A stretch of 64,000 bases of DNA, from positions 879 through 64,878 of the forward strand of contig JAZNBN010000023.1 in assembly GCA_045587125.1 (NCBI GenBank), written 5' to 3'. Position 1 is the first letter of the stretch. Each line of letters opens with the position of its first letter. Shown here in pieces: positions 29,140 to 38,453 of the stretch. The notes under the pieces are model-generated. The model saw only the letters and a program-made list of their open reading frames with translations, did not search any database and was not told the origin of the DNA. The DNA comes from Candidatus Enterousia sp. (lineage in GTDB: Bacteria; Pseudomonadota; Alphaproteobacteria; Rs-D84). The position numbers were made by a program, and so were the translations under genes.

Positions 29140-31119
29140 ATGATAGAAAAGAATACAAAAACATATGATGCGTCAGACATCCAAGTCCTAGAAGGATTGG
29201 AACCTGTACGCCTGCGTCCCGGTATGTATATTGGTGGCACAGATGAAAAGGCATGGCATCACCTGCCAATTGAAATAATGGACAATTCTATTGACGAAGC
29301 GGTTGCTGGCTTTGCAAAAAAAATTACTGTTCATTTAATTGATTCAAAAACAATTGAAATTACAGACGATGGCCGTGGTATTCCTGTGGACGAACACCCA
29401 AAATACCCTGGTAAATCTGCATTAGAAGTTATATTAACCACACTGCATTCTGGTGGTAAATTTAATAACAATGTTTATAAAACCAGTGGCGGTCTTCACG
29501 GTGTGGGTTCTGCGGTTGTAAACGCATTGTCCAGTGAAATGATTGTTGATATTGCACGTGATGGTTATAATTGGCATCAAACATTTTCAAGGGGACTGAC
29601 AACTTCCCCAATGCAACGTGGCGAAGCGACCAACAAACATGGCACAAAAATACGTTTTACAATTGATGACGATATATTTGGTGCAAATGCAACATTTAAA
29701 CCGGTTAAAATATATCGCATGGCACGTGCCAAGGCGTTTTTATCACGTGGCGTAAAAATAGATTGGTCATGCAATCCGGAATTATTAACCGAAGACATGA
29801 ATATACCTGCCAACACAACGTTCTTTTATCCAAACGGTGTTGCAGACTTCTTGGCTGAAAAAACAGACTCTAAACCACGTATTTTACCACGTATTTTCAG
29901 TGGCAGTGTTGACTTCCCAGATGACAGTGGCCGTGTTGAATGGGCACTAACATTTTTAACCGATGAAAATGGTGCTGCATCTGACGATGGATTTTTCTCG
30001 TCTTATTGCAATACGATTGCAACAATTGACGGCGGCACCCACGAAACAGGTTTTAAATCCGCTATAACCAAGGGGATTAAGGCATACGGCGAAAAGGTAA
30101 ACAACAAAGCCGCCACAACCATTATTGGCGAAGACGTATTTGATTCAGTTGCTGCGATTGTATCTGTATTTTATAAAACACCACAATTTTTGGGTCAAAC
30201 CAAGGAAAAACTGTCTAATCCAGAAATTGCCCGATACACAGAAAACGCCCTGCGTGATCCATGGGAAATGTTTTTGGCATCCGACCCCAAAACTGCAAAT
30301 GCATTACTAGAATTTGTTGTAAATCTGGCAAACGCACGCATTAAAACGAAACAAGTAAAAGAAATTGCACGTAAAACACCGACCAAACGTGTTCGCATGC
30401 CGGCTAAATTAGCAGACTGTTCAAAACACGGCGTTACCGGAACAGAATTGTTTATTGTAGAAGGTGAATCTGCGGGCGGCACCGCCAAACAGGCACGTGA
30501 TCGTGCAACCCAGGCTATTATGCCCCTGCGTGGCAAGGTATTAAATGTTATATCCAATTCCGATGAACGATTCGGTGCCAACAAAGAATTAAACGAATTA
30601 ATTGATATTATTGGTGCCGGCACAATGCGTGATTGGAACGAAGATAAATTACGTTATGAAAAAATTATCATTATGACTGATGCCGACGTTGACGGCAGCC
30701 ATATCGCATCATTACTGATGGCATTTTTCTATCAGTACATGCCGCAATTGATTTATGGTGGTCATTTGTATTTATCATGTCCACCATTGTATAAATTAAC
30801 ATGCGGAACCGAATCGATTTATGTTGATTCAGATGAAGAACTTGAATCTTTAAAAGCCGGTAAATATAAAAACAAACGCGTTGAAATATCACGATTCAAA
30901 GGTTTGGGTGAAATGATGCCGAATCAGTTAAAAGAAACAACAATGTCCCCCAAGACACGTCGTTTAATCCGTGTTGACCTGCCACCACGCACAGACGAAG
31001 GGGCCGAAGACACAGAAAAAACACGCACAATTGTTTCTGAATTGATGGGTAAAAAACCTGAATTCCGTTTCAAGTTTATAACTGAACACGCACAATTCGT
31101 CAAAGATTTGTTTGTATAA
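29140..31119 (+). CDS. parE: DNA topoisomerase IV subunit B
   Basis: LEGLEPVRLRPGMYIG, ELFIVEGESAGG, MTDADVDG, RFKGLGEM; 659 aa without the proteobacterial GyrB insertion; LMG..PE.RF tail. Confidence 0.85.
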   Translation: MIEKNTKTYDASDIQVLEGLEPVRLRPGMYIGGTDEKAWHHLPIEIMDNSIDEAVAGFAKKITVHLIDSKTIEITDDGRGIPVDEHPKYPGKSALEVILTTLHSGGKFNNNVYKTSGGLHGVGSAVVNALSSEMIVDIARDGYNWHQTFSRGLTTSPMQRGEATNKHGTKIRFTIDDDIFGANATFKPVKIYRMARAKAFLSRGVKIDWSCNPELLTEDMNIPANTTFFYPNGVADFLAEKTDSKPRILPRIFSGSVDFPDDSGRVEWALTFLTDENGAASDDGFFSSYCNTIATIDGGTHETGFKSAITKGIKAYGEKVNNKAATTIIGEDVFDSVAAIVSVFYKTPQFLGQTKEKLSNPEIARYTENALRDPWEMFLASDPKTANALLEFVVNLANARIKTKQVKEIARKTPTKRVRMPAKLADCSKHGVTGTELFIVEGESAGGTAKQARDRATQAIMPLRGKVLNVISNSDERFGANKELNELIDIIGAGTMRDWNEDKLRYEKIIIMTDADVDGSHIASLLMAFFYQYMPQLIYGGHLYLSCPPLYKLTCGTESIYVDSDEELESLKAGKYKNKRVEISRFKGLGEMMPNQLKETTMSPKTRRLIRVDLPPRTDEGAEDTEKTRTIVSELMGKKPEFRFKFITEHAQFVKDLFV

Positions 31120-31206
31120 TCACATATACATTCCCACCACACATATCTTGACAAGCCTATTTTTTAGGGCATAATTGCTTGCGCTGTAAAATCTAAGGAA
31201 ATAAAA

Positions 31207-31671
31207 ATGTGCATTAAACAAGAATATACGCATAACAGTAAGAAAAAGAAAAACACATACGTTATCGGTAACAATAATTTTAGAATGGATGTATTTGCAT
31301 ATCAGCAACACACACCTTTGGTTATTAACATCAAAAATGGCAAACCACAAATTCAACCTGTAAAGGGTACAAATGTGGCCACATTATTTCCAAACCCACA
31401 TGCAATTGATATGGCGAACAAAATGGCACTTAATGCAAAAAACATGGGGTCTGGTATTGCAACAACAATCATTGAGTATCTGGATTACAAAAGCAACAAA
31501 CCTGTACTGCAATTATATCCAAATGACATATATATTTTTGATGATTATAAACAAAACTGGAAATCACGATTGAATCATGCAACCCGTCAAAATCTGACAC
31601 GTGAATTAAAAAAACGTAACATGAATCACATTGATCTTATACTGGCTGAAAACAGAAGTAGATATATATAA
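31207..31671 (+). CDS. Hypothetical protein
   Basis: AAGGA RBS; upstream TTGACA-16-CATAAT; downstream terminator at 31671-31697. Confidence 0.6.
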   Translation: MCIKQEYTHNSKKKKNTYVIGNNNFRMDVFAYQQHTPLVINIKNGKPQIQPVKGTNVATLFPNPHAIDMANKMALNAKNMGSGIATTIIEYLDYKSNKPVLQLYPNDIYIFDDYKQNWKSRLNHATRQNLTRELKKRNMNHIDLILAENRSRYI

Positions 31672-31695
31672 AAAAATGCCCATACGGGCATTTTT

Positions 31696-33105
31696 TTATT
31701 GAATACCGACCATAAATTCATCACCCCAACCGGCAACCGGCTGACCACCGACAACGCATTGCAGGTCTTCAAACCCTTGTTCTACTTGTTTCTTTTTCAT
31801 AACACTACTGGTTATCAAACCACCTGTTGTACCCAGAACAACACCTGCGATGGAATCTGATGCCAAACGTGCCGTATTAAACTTGCCTTCTGCGTCTTTC
31901 CACTTGCTTACCTTAAATCCAGCGAACATAGTGTCTAACTTTTCAGCCGCCACAACCAATTTTTGTTTAGCCTGTTCATTTGCACTATTTTTTTTGATAG
32001 TATCGCAGCTAGTTTTAAGTTCTGCGGATATACTATTAAATTCTGCATATGTCATACGTCCACTATTACACATAGTCATATATGTGCTCAAATTGACCTT
32101 CAAATCTACACAGTATGTATCAATCATTGTTTGCAAGCTACTAAACGTAGATATACAATTAATTGGCTTTATTATATTATCATCTTTGCCATCATTATCG
32201 TCACCACCGCCTTTGGCAACACACTTGCCCTGTTCTGCGTTCCATTCTTTGTCTTTATTTACTTCGCCTATACAACGACAAATCTTAGATTTAACATCCC
32301 AAAACGCACCGCTTTCTTTTTCTCTATGACAGTATGAACATTGCTCAAACAAATTATAATCAGAAGATATATACTCAGCGCATTCAGACTTTTTATCATC
32401 AGGCTTTTTATCATCTTCTCCGCCATTATCTTTTGGCACACAACTGTTTGTTTCTTTATCAAGCACACCATCACCACAAGAGATATACAAGCACATATCA
32501 CCACTATATACATAAACACCGGTATTTACTCTCTTATCTACTGTCGCTTTGATTTCATACATTGCACCCTTTACCGACGTGTCTTGAATTGGACTGTTTC
32601 TACATGGCAAAGGTCTATATTCTTCCCATGAATCGCCAAATGTTTCTGTACGACATCTATAAAAATAAGAACCATTCGAAGCAATCGTACCATTTGGACA
32701 TTCATAATGTTCGCCCATTTGATGAGTATCACATTCCAAACACGTACCATCATTAAAATAAAGATATTCATTCGCATCATATGATCTTGCCAGATAACCA
32801 CCCAATTGATTACCAACCAAGTAACCACCATAACCACCAGCAGCACCACCAAGAACAAAACCAACACCAGGTCCCGCAGCCCAAGGAACAAGTGTCCCTA
32901 ACCCCATTCCTCCAACAGCACCTACCACGGCACCACCAGCGGTAAACGGAATCGCAGTCATTGTCTGAATATGATCTTTGGCACCACACTTACGGGTCAC
33001 ATAACATGCGTTCATTATATCATCTGTAGACGCAGCATGAACATTTGTACAACAAAAAACCGACAACAAAATAGATGCACATAAAAACTTTCTCATAATC
33101 TCCAT
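31696..33105 (-). CDS. Cys-rich secreted protein with Gly-zipper segments
   Basis: Signal peptide, GGAVVGAVGG/GGAAGGYGG zippers, many Cys, hydrophobic C-terminal IAGVVLGTTGGLIT. Confidence 0.75.
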   Translation of the reverse strand: MEIMRKFLCASILLSVFCCTNVHAASTDDIMNACYVTRKCGAKDHIQTMTAIPFTAGGAVVGAVGGMGLGTLVPWAAGPGVGFVLGGAAGGYGGYLVGNQLGGYLARSYDANEYLYFNDGTCLECDTHQMGEHYECPNGTIASNGSYFYRCRTETFGDSWEEYRPLPCRNSPIQDTSVKGAMYEIKATVDKRVNTGVYVYSGDMCLYISCGDGVLDKETNSCVPKDNGGEDDKKPDDKKSECAEYISSDYNLFEQCSYCHREKESGAFWDVKSKICRCIGEVNKDKEWNAEQGKCVAKGGGDDNDGKDDNIIKPINCISTFSSLQTMIDTYCVDLKVNLSTYMTMCNSGRMTYAEFNSISAELKTSCDTIKKNSANEQAKQKLVVAAEKLDTMFAGFKVSKWKDAEGKFNTARLASDSIAGVVLGTTGGLITSSVMKKKQVEQGFEDLQCVVGGQPVAGWGDEFMVGIQ

Positions 33106-33187
33106 CCTATATTTATAGATTTATCATTACTATTTTATCACAAAATCACATATCTTCCAAGCATAAAAAAAGCCCAATTGGGCATTT

Positions 33188-34465
33188 TTATTTACATTCA
33201 TTTATCAACTGTTGAATCTGGGCAGACAATACCAAATCAGATGCCTGTTGTTTTTCAATTTGTTTGATTGCATATAAAACAGTTGCATGGTCACGACCAC
33301 CAACAAAGTTACCAATTTCATTCAATGACAAAGATGTTGCATTTTTCAATACCACCATCATTATCTGACGTGCCAATACCAATGAACGACTGCGACCCGC
33401 ACCACATACTGCATCATAAGACACAGCCAACTTTTCACACATTTCACGAACCATCACAGATGGTGTTTTTGATTTTTGCAATGTATCTGACAACAAACGT
33501 TGTGCAACATTCATATCAACATCCGCACCCATCAATTCTTTATATGCTTTGATTTTTATTGCAACACCTGCAATCAAATGACCATTATTTGCAATACGAC
33601 CCGCCAACGCATTTGCAACATCAGATTTTACACCTGCGCGCATCAACATAACAGATTTAACATGTGCATTTGGTGCAACAACATCTGCCACCAACCCAGA
33701 TGCCAACAAAGATTGTGCACATCTGTCAAAACCTGTCAGATTATTTGGTGCCGCATTTGCAGTCAAAACAACATTTTTACCTGCACTGCGTAAATCAACA
33801 ATCAATTGCATAAATTCTTCGGTTGATGCCTTTTTACCAGACAAATTCTGAACATCATCCAAGATAAAAGTATCACAGTTACGGCAAAAATCTTTGAACG
33901 CAAAAACGTTGTGTTCTTTTAAAGAACGTGTAAATTCAGAAACAAATTGTGCACCTGTCATTTTTACAACATTACCATTGGATGCACCCATAATGCATTC
34001 TGTAAGCAAAGTCTTGCCACAACCAGACGCACCATAAATAAACAGTGGTGAAAAAGAAACCAAACCCGCCGCTAATTTTTTACATGCAGACAATACGAAA
34101 ACATTTTCATCTGATGCAATAAAGGAATCAAATTCAACACCCTGTTTTGGTTCTGTAGCTGGGGCATAAACCTGGGTATTATTGTCATTTGCAATACGTT
34201 GTGAATTATTCCAAGACGCATTGCGAACAACAACACGTGTTTTCAAACCGAATGTTGCAGCAACATCAGATAACACCCCACCATGAACACTGTTAATAAA
34301 ATCAGCTGAAAATTGATTTTGTGCACCCAAAACCAACACATCATCAACAATTTCGAAATTCAGTGGTGCAATCCAAGAAGTAAAACTAGCAGAATCAATT
34401 TTTGCGGCAATGGCCCCCTTGATATCTTCCAAGTTTACCATTTGAATTTTTGCCACTGTCTGCAT
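33188..34465 (-). CDS. dnaA: Chromosomal replication initiator DnaA (divergent)
   Basis: Domain I F.SWIAPL, PLFIYGASGCGKT, ILDDVQ, domain IV SLNEIG..GGRDHATVLYA; start 34465 after AAAGGAG. Confidence 0.85.
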   Translation of the reverse strand: MQTVAKIQMVNLEDIKGAIAAKIDSASFTSWIAPLNFEIVDDVLVLGAQNQFSADFINSVHGGVLSDVAATFGLKTRVVVRNASWNNSQRIANDNNTQVYAPATEPKQGVEFDSFIASDENVFVLSACKKLAAGLVSFSPLFIYGASGCGKTLLTECIMGASNGNVVKMTGAQFVSEFTRSLKEHNVFAFKDFCRNCDTFILDDVQNLSGKKASTEEFMQLIVDLRSAGKNVVLTANAAPNNLTGFDRCAQSLLASGLVADVVAPNAHVKSVMLMRAGVKSDVANALAGRIANNGHLIAGVAIKIKAYKELMGADVDMNVAQRLLSDTLQKSKTPSVMVREMCEKLAVSYDAVCGAGRSRSLVLARQIMMVVLKNATSLSLNEIGNFVGGRDHATVLYAIKQIEKQQASDLVLSAQIQQLINECK

Positions 34466-35007
34466 GTCGTTTTCTCCTTTCCTTCCCTTAAAAGAGTTTC
34501 CTGCCACCGCACAAAGGTTATAAAAGCCACCTGCAAAAACGCTATTTTTCCATTTTCTTGGAATCACAGCACTTTTATTTGCCCTACTTTTTTCATCCCT
34601 CTCCGCGGCGATTGAAACCCTTATGAACTTAAATTCTGTTTTCTAAAAAGATATCCTTTCTTATCCTTTTAAACCCCAGAACACCCACAAAGTTTTCGCA
34701 CCCACTTTTGAATGCATTCTCTTTATGAAAGTTTTTCATTCACAAAATGAACAACACCATCCACAAAGTTCCTGCACCCACTTCTTTCAGTTCCAGCCCA
34801 TCGTTCCAGAACCCTTTTTGTTCCAACCCACTAAAAACATCTTAATGATTTGGACCCTGGTTTTGATTGAAATTTTTGTTTCTCAATCTGTTTTGGATAC
34901 GTCAAATAATTTATAAGATATATTTCGGTTTACAACCAAATATTAAACAATTTTTGAACATTTCTTTTTTGACAACGATTCGGATTTTTTGGCTGTTTTT
35001 TGCGGTT

Positions 35008-35040
35008 TGTATATACACTGTATATACACTGTATATACAT
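35008..35040. repeat. Tandem 11-bp repeat (TGTATATACAC) x3, each containing a 10-bp palindrome
   Basis: Read directly; the third unit ends in T instead of C. Confidence 0.9.
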
Positions 35041-35048
35041 TTTAAAGT

Positions 35049-36071
35049 TTAGATTTTTACATAACCGCCATCAACTTTTCGCACCAAACCTTGTAATTCT
35101 AAGACAACTAATTCGCTCTTAATTTCCGAAACTGATTTTTTGACAATTTCTGCCAATACAGATTCTGACACCGGAATATTACCCAAACTATCAATAAGAA
35201 TGTTTTCCGAATCATTTTTAATTGTAATTTTGTTATTATTTTTTTCTTTTTTATCACCACAGAAAAAATCTTGAACCCCGACACACAACTTTGCATCGCC
35301 AGAACGAATCAGTGAATTTGGTCCCAACGCCCGTGGATCCAAGGGATGCGATGGAATTGCCCAAACTTCACGTCCGTATTCTATTGCGAATCGTGCGGTG
35401 GTCATAGAACCAGACTTCATATCCGCCTCGCCTAATATCAATTTTTCGGACAAACCCGCAATCCAACGATTTCGTTGCACAAAATTCGTAGTTCTTGGTT
35501 CAAATCCAACCGGCATTTCACTAATTACCGCGCCACGTTCCAAAATTTGATAATACAACGATTCGTTTTCCACCGGCCAAATATAATCTGCTCCACCCGC
35601 CAAAACCGCAATTGTTTGTACATTACCCGATGCACGCAACGCACCACGATGTGCGGCGGTATCCGTTCCAATCGCCATACCGGAAACAACCGCATATCCA
35701 TGTCCTGCGAACGATTCGGCTATTTCTGCAATCAATTGTTGTCCGGCCGCCGTTGCATGACGCGTTCCCACCATTCCGACCATTGGACGACTTAAAACAT
35801 CTAAATTGCCACGCACTGTTACAACAGGCGGATGATTTGACAACTGTTTTAAATTTTGCGGATACATATCGTCTTCATCTGATATATAATGTATATTTAA
35901 CCGCTCTGCCCGTTCCATTTCACACAAAACATCATCTTTTAATTTATCTGGCACATCTATATATTGTAATACTGCACGCGCACTGCCAAACTTTTGAATC
36001 AATTTAGCATATTTGGCCGCCCCAACCCCAGGCATTCTGAACAACAATAATTTTTCAAACAAATCTGACAT
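35049..36071 (-). CDS. dprA: DNA-processing protein DprA
   Basis: VGMVGTR, VVSGMAIGTD.AAH, FVQRNRWIAG, SGSMTTA, GREV.AIP. Confidence 0.95.
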   Translation of the reverse strand: MSDLFEKLLLFRMPGVGAAKYAKLIQKFGSARAVLQYIDVPDKLKDDVLCEMERAERLNIHYISDEDDMYPQNLKQLSNHPPVVTVRGNLDVLSRPMVGMVGTRHATAAGQQLIAEIAESFAGHGYAVVSGMAIGTDTAAHRGALRASGNVQTIAVLAGGADYIWPVENESLYYQILERGAVISEMPVGFEPRTTNFVQRNRWIAGLSEKLILGEADMKSGSMTTARFAIEYGREVWAIPSHPLDPRALGPNSLIRSGDAKLCVGVQDFFCGDKKEKNNNKITIKNDSENILIDSLGNIPVSESVLAEIVKKSVSEIKSELVVLELQGLVRKVDGGYVKI

Positions 36072-36138
36072 GATTTAACTATACGACAAAATTGATAATT
36101 TTTCCTAATAAAAAATCCGCAAATGCGGATTTTTAAAA

Positions 36139-36963
36139 CTAACCTACCAAGTCAAATAACGGCGAATACTTTTCACAAATTTCTTTGACTTGGGTATCTG
36201 TTGAATTTTTCAAAGTCCCCTCACATTCAACTTTTACGATACTTAACTGTTTAATAACTTCTTTATATTGTGACGCATCATCTTTTTGCAACGTCAGAAT
36301 CTGGGAACGCCACAGCTCTGCGTCTTTTAACGCGGCCTGACCCTCAACCTTGCCACCAATTTTCTCATTAACAAACAATTCCATAACTCCAACACCAATC
36401 GCGGCACCACCAACAGATGCAGCAATAGTACCGCCAATACGTGCACCTTTTTTGGCATCCAGGATTCTTTGGCGCATATCTTCTTCGTTTGCCCAAGAAC
36501 CACATGTAATCGTTTGACCCATTTCGAAATATTTTGCAGGAACATCACTGACATTAATACGTGTATCATCAGACTTTAACCCGACCTTTACAAAACAAGT
36601 ATTATTTGCAGGTTCTTCTACATCTTCTATCATAGATGCATAATTATTCAAATTACTGTATCTGGATGCCCAAACAAAAGTATTTCCAATACCTATATTA
36701 TTTCCAATACATGCACTTTTTTCTTTTTCACGCATATCTTTAACCGCCGGTTCCATAACCTGTGGTGTAACTGCCAAATTTGCATTTCCAGTTGTAGATT
36801 TGCCGTTCAGAGCAGCCATCGCGGAAATTTGATTTGTTGAAACAGTTGCACGTCCAGAAGATGCCATCTGTCCGGCCACCAACGCACGACCACGTGGTGC
36901 AGATACCGCCATCACAGGACTAACCATTAAACATACTGCAAGAAACGCAAAAAACTTTTTCAT
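36139..36963 (-). CDS. Secreted hypothetical protein with Gly-zipper
   Basis: Signal peptide ending PVMA; GGTIAASVGGAAIGVG. Confidence 0.7.
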   Translation of the reverse strand: MKKFFAFLAVCLMVSPVMAVSAPRGRALVAGQMASSGRATVSTNQISAMAALNGKSTTGNANLAVTPQVMEPAVKDMREKEKSACIGNNIGIGNTFVWASRYSNLNNYASMIEDVEEPANNTCFVKVGLKSDDTRINVSDVPAKYFEMGQTITCGSWANEEDMRQRILDAKKGARIGGTIAASVGGAAIGVGVMELFVNEKIGGKVEGQAALKDAELWRSQILTLQKDDASQYKEVIKQLSIVKVECEGTLKNSTDTQVKEICEKYSPLFDLVG

Positions 36964-37061
36964 ATCTCTTTCCTTTTAATATATCTCAGGAGTATTATAC
37001 CACAAAAAGACCTTAAAATAAAGCACAAATAAAAAAGAAGGCATTTGCCCTCTTTTTTTTA

Positions 37062-37649
37062 TTATTTTTTCCATTTCCATTCTATCTTAGATTCGTTACC
37101 TTTTATCAATCTGAACACATTTCCACGATGACGCCACAGACACAGCAACCCAATCGCCAAGAAAGCAAAACCAACATCTGTACTGATTGCGAAACCCAAA
37201 ATCGGAATTAAACAAAATACAATTGTTGCACCCAATGAAGAAATTCCGCTGGTCAATGCAACCAACAACCATTCAATACCACAAACGACAAAAGACAAAG
37301 GACTGACCGCCAATAACACACCAAACAAACAAGAAATACCTTTACCACCTTTGAATTTTAACCAAATTGGATAACAGTGCCCAACAATCGCAACAAATCC
37401 GCACCATGCCCCAAAAGAATCCCCTGCAACGTATTTACCAATAAACACAGCGATTATAGCCTTGGCCATATCCAAAATCCAGGTAAGGCCCGCCATACGC
37501 AAACCGCCCACACGCATAACATTTGTTGCACCGATATTACCACTGCCAACCTGGCGTAAATCGCCCTTGCCCGCCATTCGGGTCAGCAATAAACCCATAG
37601 GCACAGAACCCAACAAATAAGAAATAATTACTGCAAAAATATAAAACAT
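37062..37649 (-). CDS. plsY: Glycerol-3-phosphate acyltransferase PlsY
   Basis: YLLGSVP, GSGNIGATN, GHCYP..LKFKGGKG, RH..N..RL..G.E. Confidence 0.95.
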   Translation of the reverse strand: MFYIFAVIISYLLGSVPMGLLLTRMAGKGDLRQVGSGNIGATNVMRVGGLRMAGLTWILDMAKAIIAVFIGKYVAGDSFGAWCGFVAIVGHCYPIWLKFKGGKGISCLFGVLLAVSPLSFVVCGIEWLLVALTSGISSLGATIVFCLIPILGFAISTDVGFAFLAIGLLCLWRHRGNVFRLIKGNESKIEWKWKK

Positions 37650-37722
37650 ATTATTTTTCCTTGATTTTATGTTTGTTTTTTATAAAATACCAGAAACATT
37701 TAGAAAATAAAAGGAAAATAAC

Positions 37723-37983
37723 GTGGCAAATCATAAGTCATCTGAAAAAAGAATTTTGGTCTCGGCCAAAAAGAACGCAATCAACACTTCACGTCGCAGT
37801 GTTGTTAAAACCGCAACTAAAAAGGCATTGAATGCCATCGCATCTGGCGACAAAGCCGCTGCAACAACTGCGGCCCGCAGTGCAGAAAGCAAGATTATGA
37901 AATCTGCTGGCAAAATCATGCCGAAAAAACGTGCAGCACGTAAAATCTCACGTTTGGCTAAAAAAGTTGCCCAAATGGCATAA
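37723..37983 (+). CDS. rpsT: 30S ribosomal protein S20
   Basis: MANHKSSEKR...N.SRRS..KT..K...AARKISRL. Confidence 0.95.
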   Translation: MANHKSSEKRILVSAKKNAINTSRRSVVKTATKKALNAIASGDKAAATTAARSAESKIMKSAGKIMPKKRAARKISRLAKKVAQMA

Positions 37984-38003
37984 TTGCGTTTTAAAATTCT
38001 AAT

Positions 38004-38031
38004 AAAAAATCCCCAATTGGGGATTTTTTTT
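38004..38031 (+). terminator. Intrinsic terminator of rpsT
   Basis: AAAAAATCCCC-AATT-GGGGATTTTTTTT. Confidence 0.8.
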
Positions 38032-38120
38032 ACAGCCATGAAGACGAAACTGTTTTTTATTCGGTTGTGTTTTTTTAGAGACAAAACAAACTGTTTTACC
38101 ACCTTTGTCATTATTCTTCC

Positions 38121-38268
38121 TTGTCATCCTGGGGCTTAACCCCAGGACCCAAGTCATTCTTCTTCCTTGTCATTGCGAGCGGACGCGTGGCAATCCAGTT
38201 GATGCATTATTATTACAAAGCCAAATTTACTGGATTGCCGCGGTCGTTACACTCCCTCGCAATGACAA
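38121..38268. repeat. Cluster of TGTC-tagged REP-like hairpins
   Basis: TGTCATCCTGGGGCTTAACCCCAGGACCC; TGTCATTGCGAG..GTGGCAATCCAG facing CTGGATTGCC..CTCGCAATGACA. Confidence 0.75.
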
Positions 38269-38347
38269 AGGTGCTTAATTTTTTTATTAAAAAAATCCCC
38301 CAAGTGGAGGATTTTAGGGACGGGAAACTGATTATATTCACATTCAC

Positions 38348-38453
38348 AAAATGAATTAGAATGATTTAGATGCACGTGGTGCCGGCAACGTAGTGTACAA
38401 ATGTTACATGAGTTGCCGGTACCGCGGGCAGATAGATTATTATAATTTATTTT
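38348..38453 (+). repeat. Structured palindromic element, type A
   Basis: Homologous to 17538-17643 and in the same position relative to the paralog's stop codon. Confidence 0.9.

Noticed and set aside
34785-34825. Alphaproteobacterial LexA box (GTTC-N7-GTTC)
   Set aside because: The GTTC spacings are 9 and 13 nt, not 7.
34466-35048. oriC next to dnaA
   Set aside because: By eye the + strand stays C/A-rich on both sides, so there is no skew switch, and I saw no perfect DnaA boxes. A cumulative GC-skew plot would settle it.
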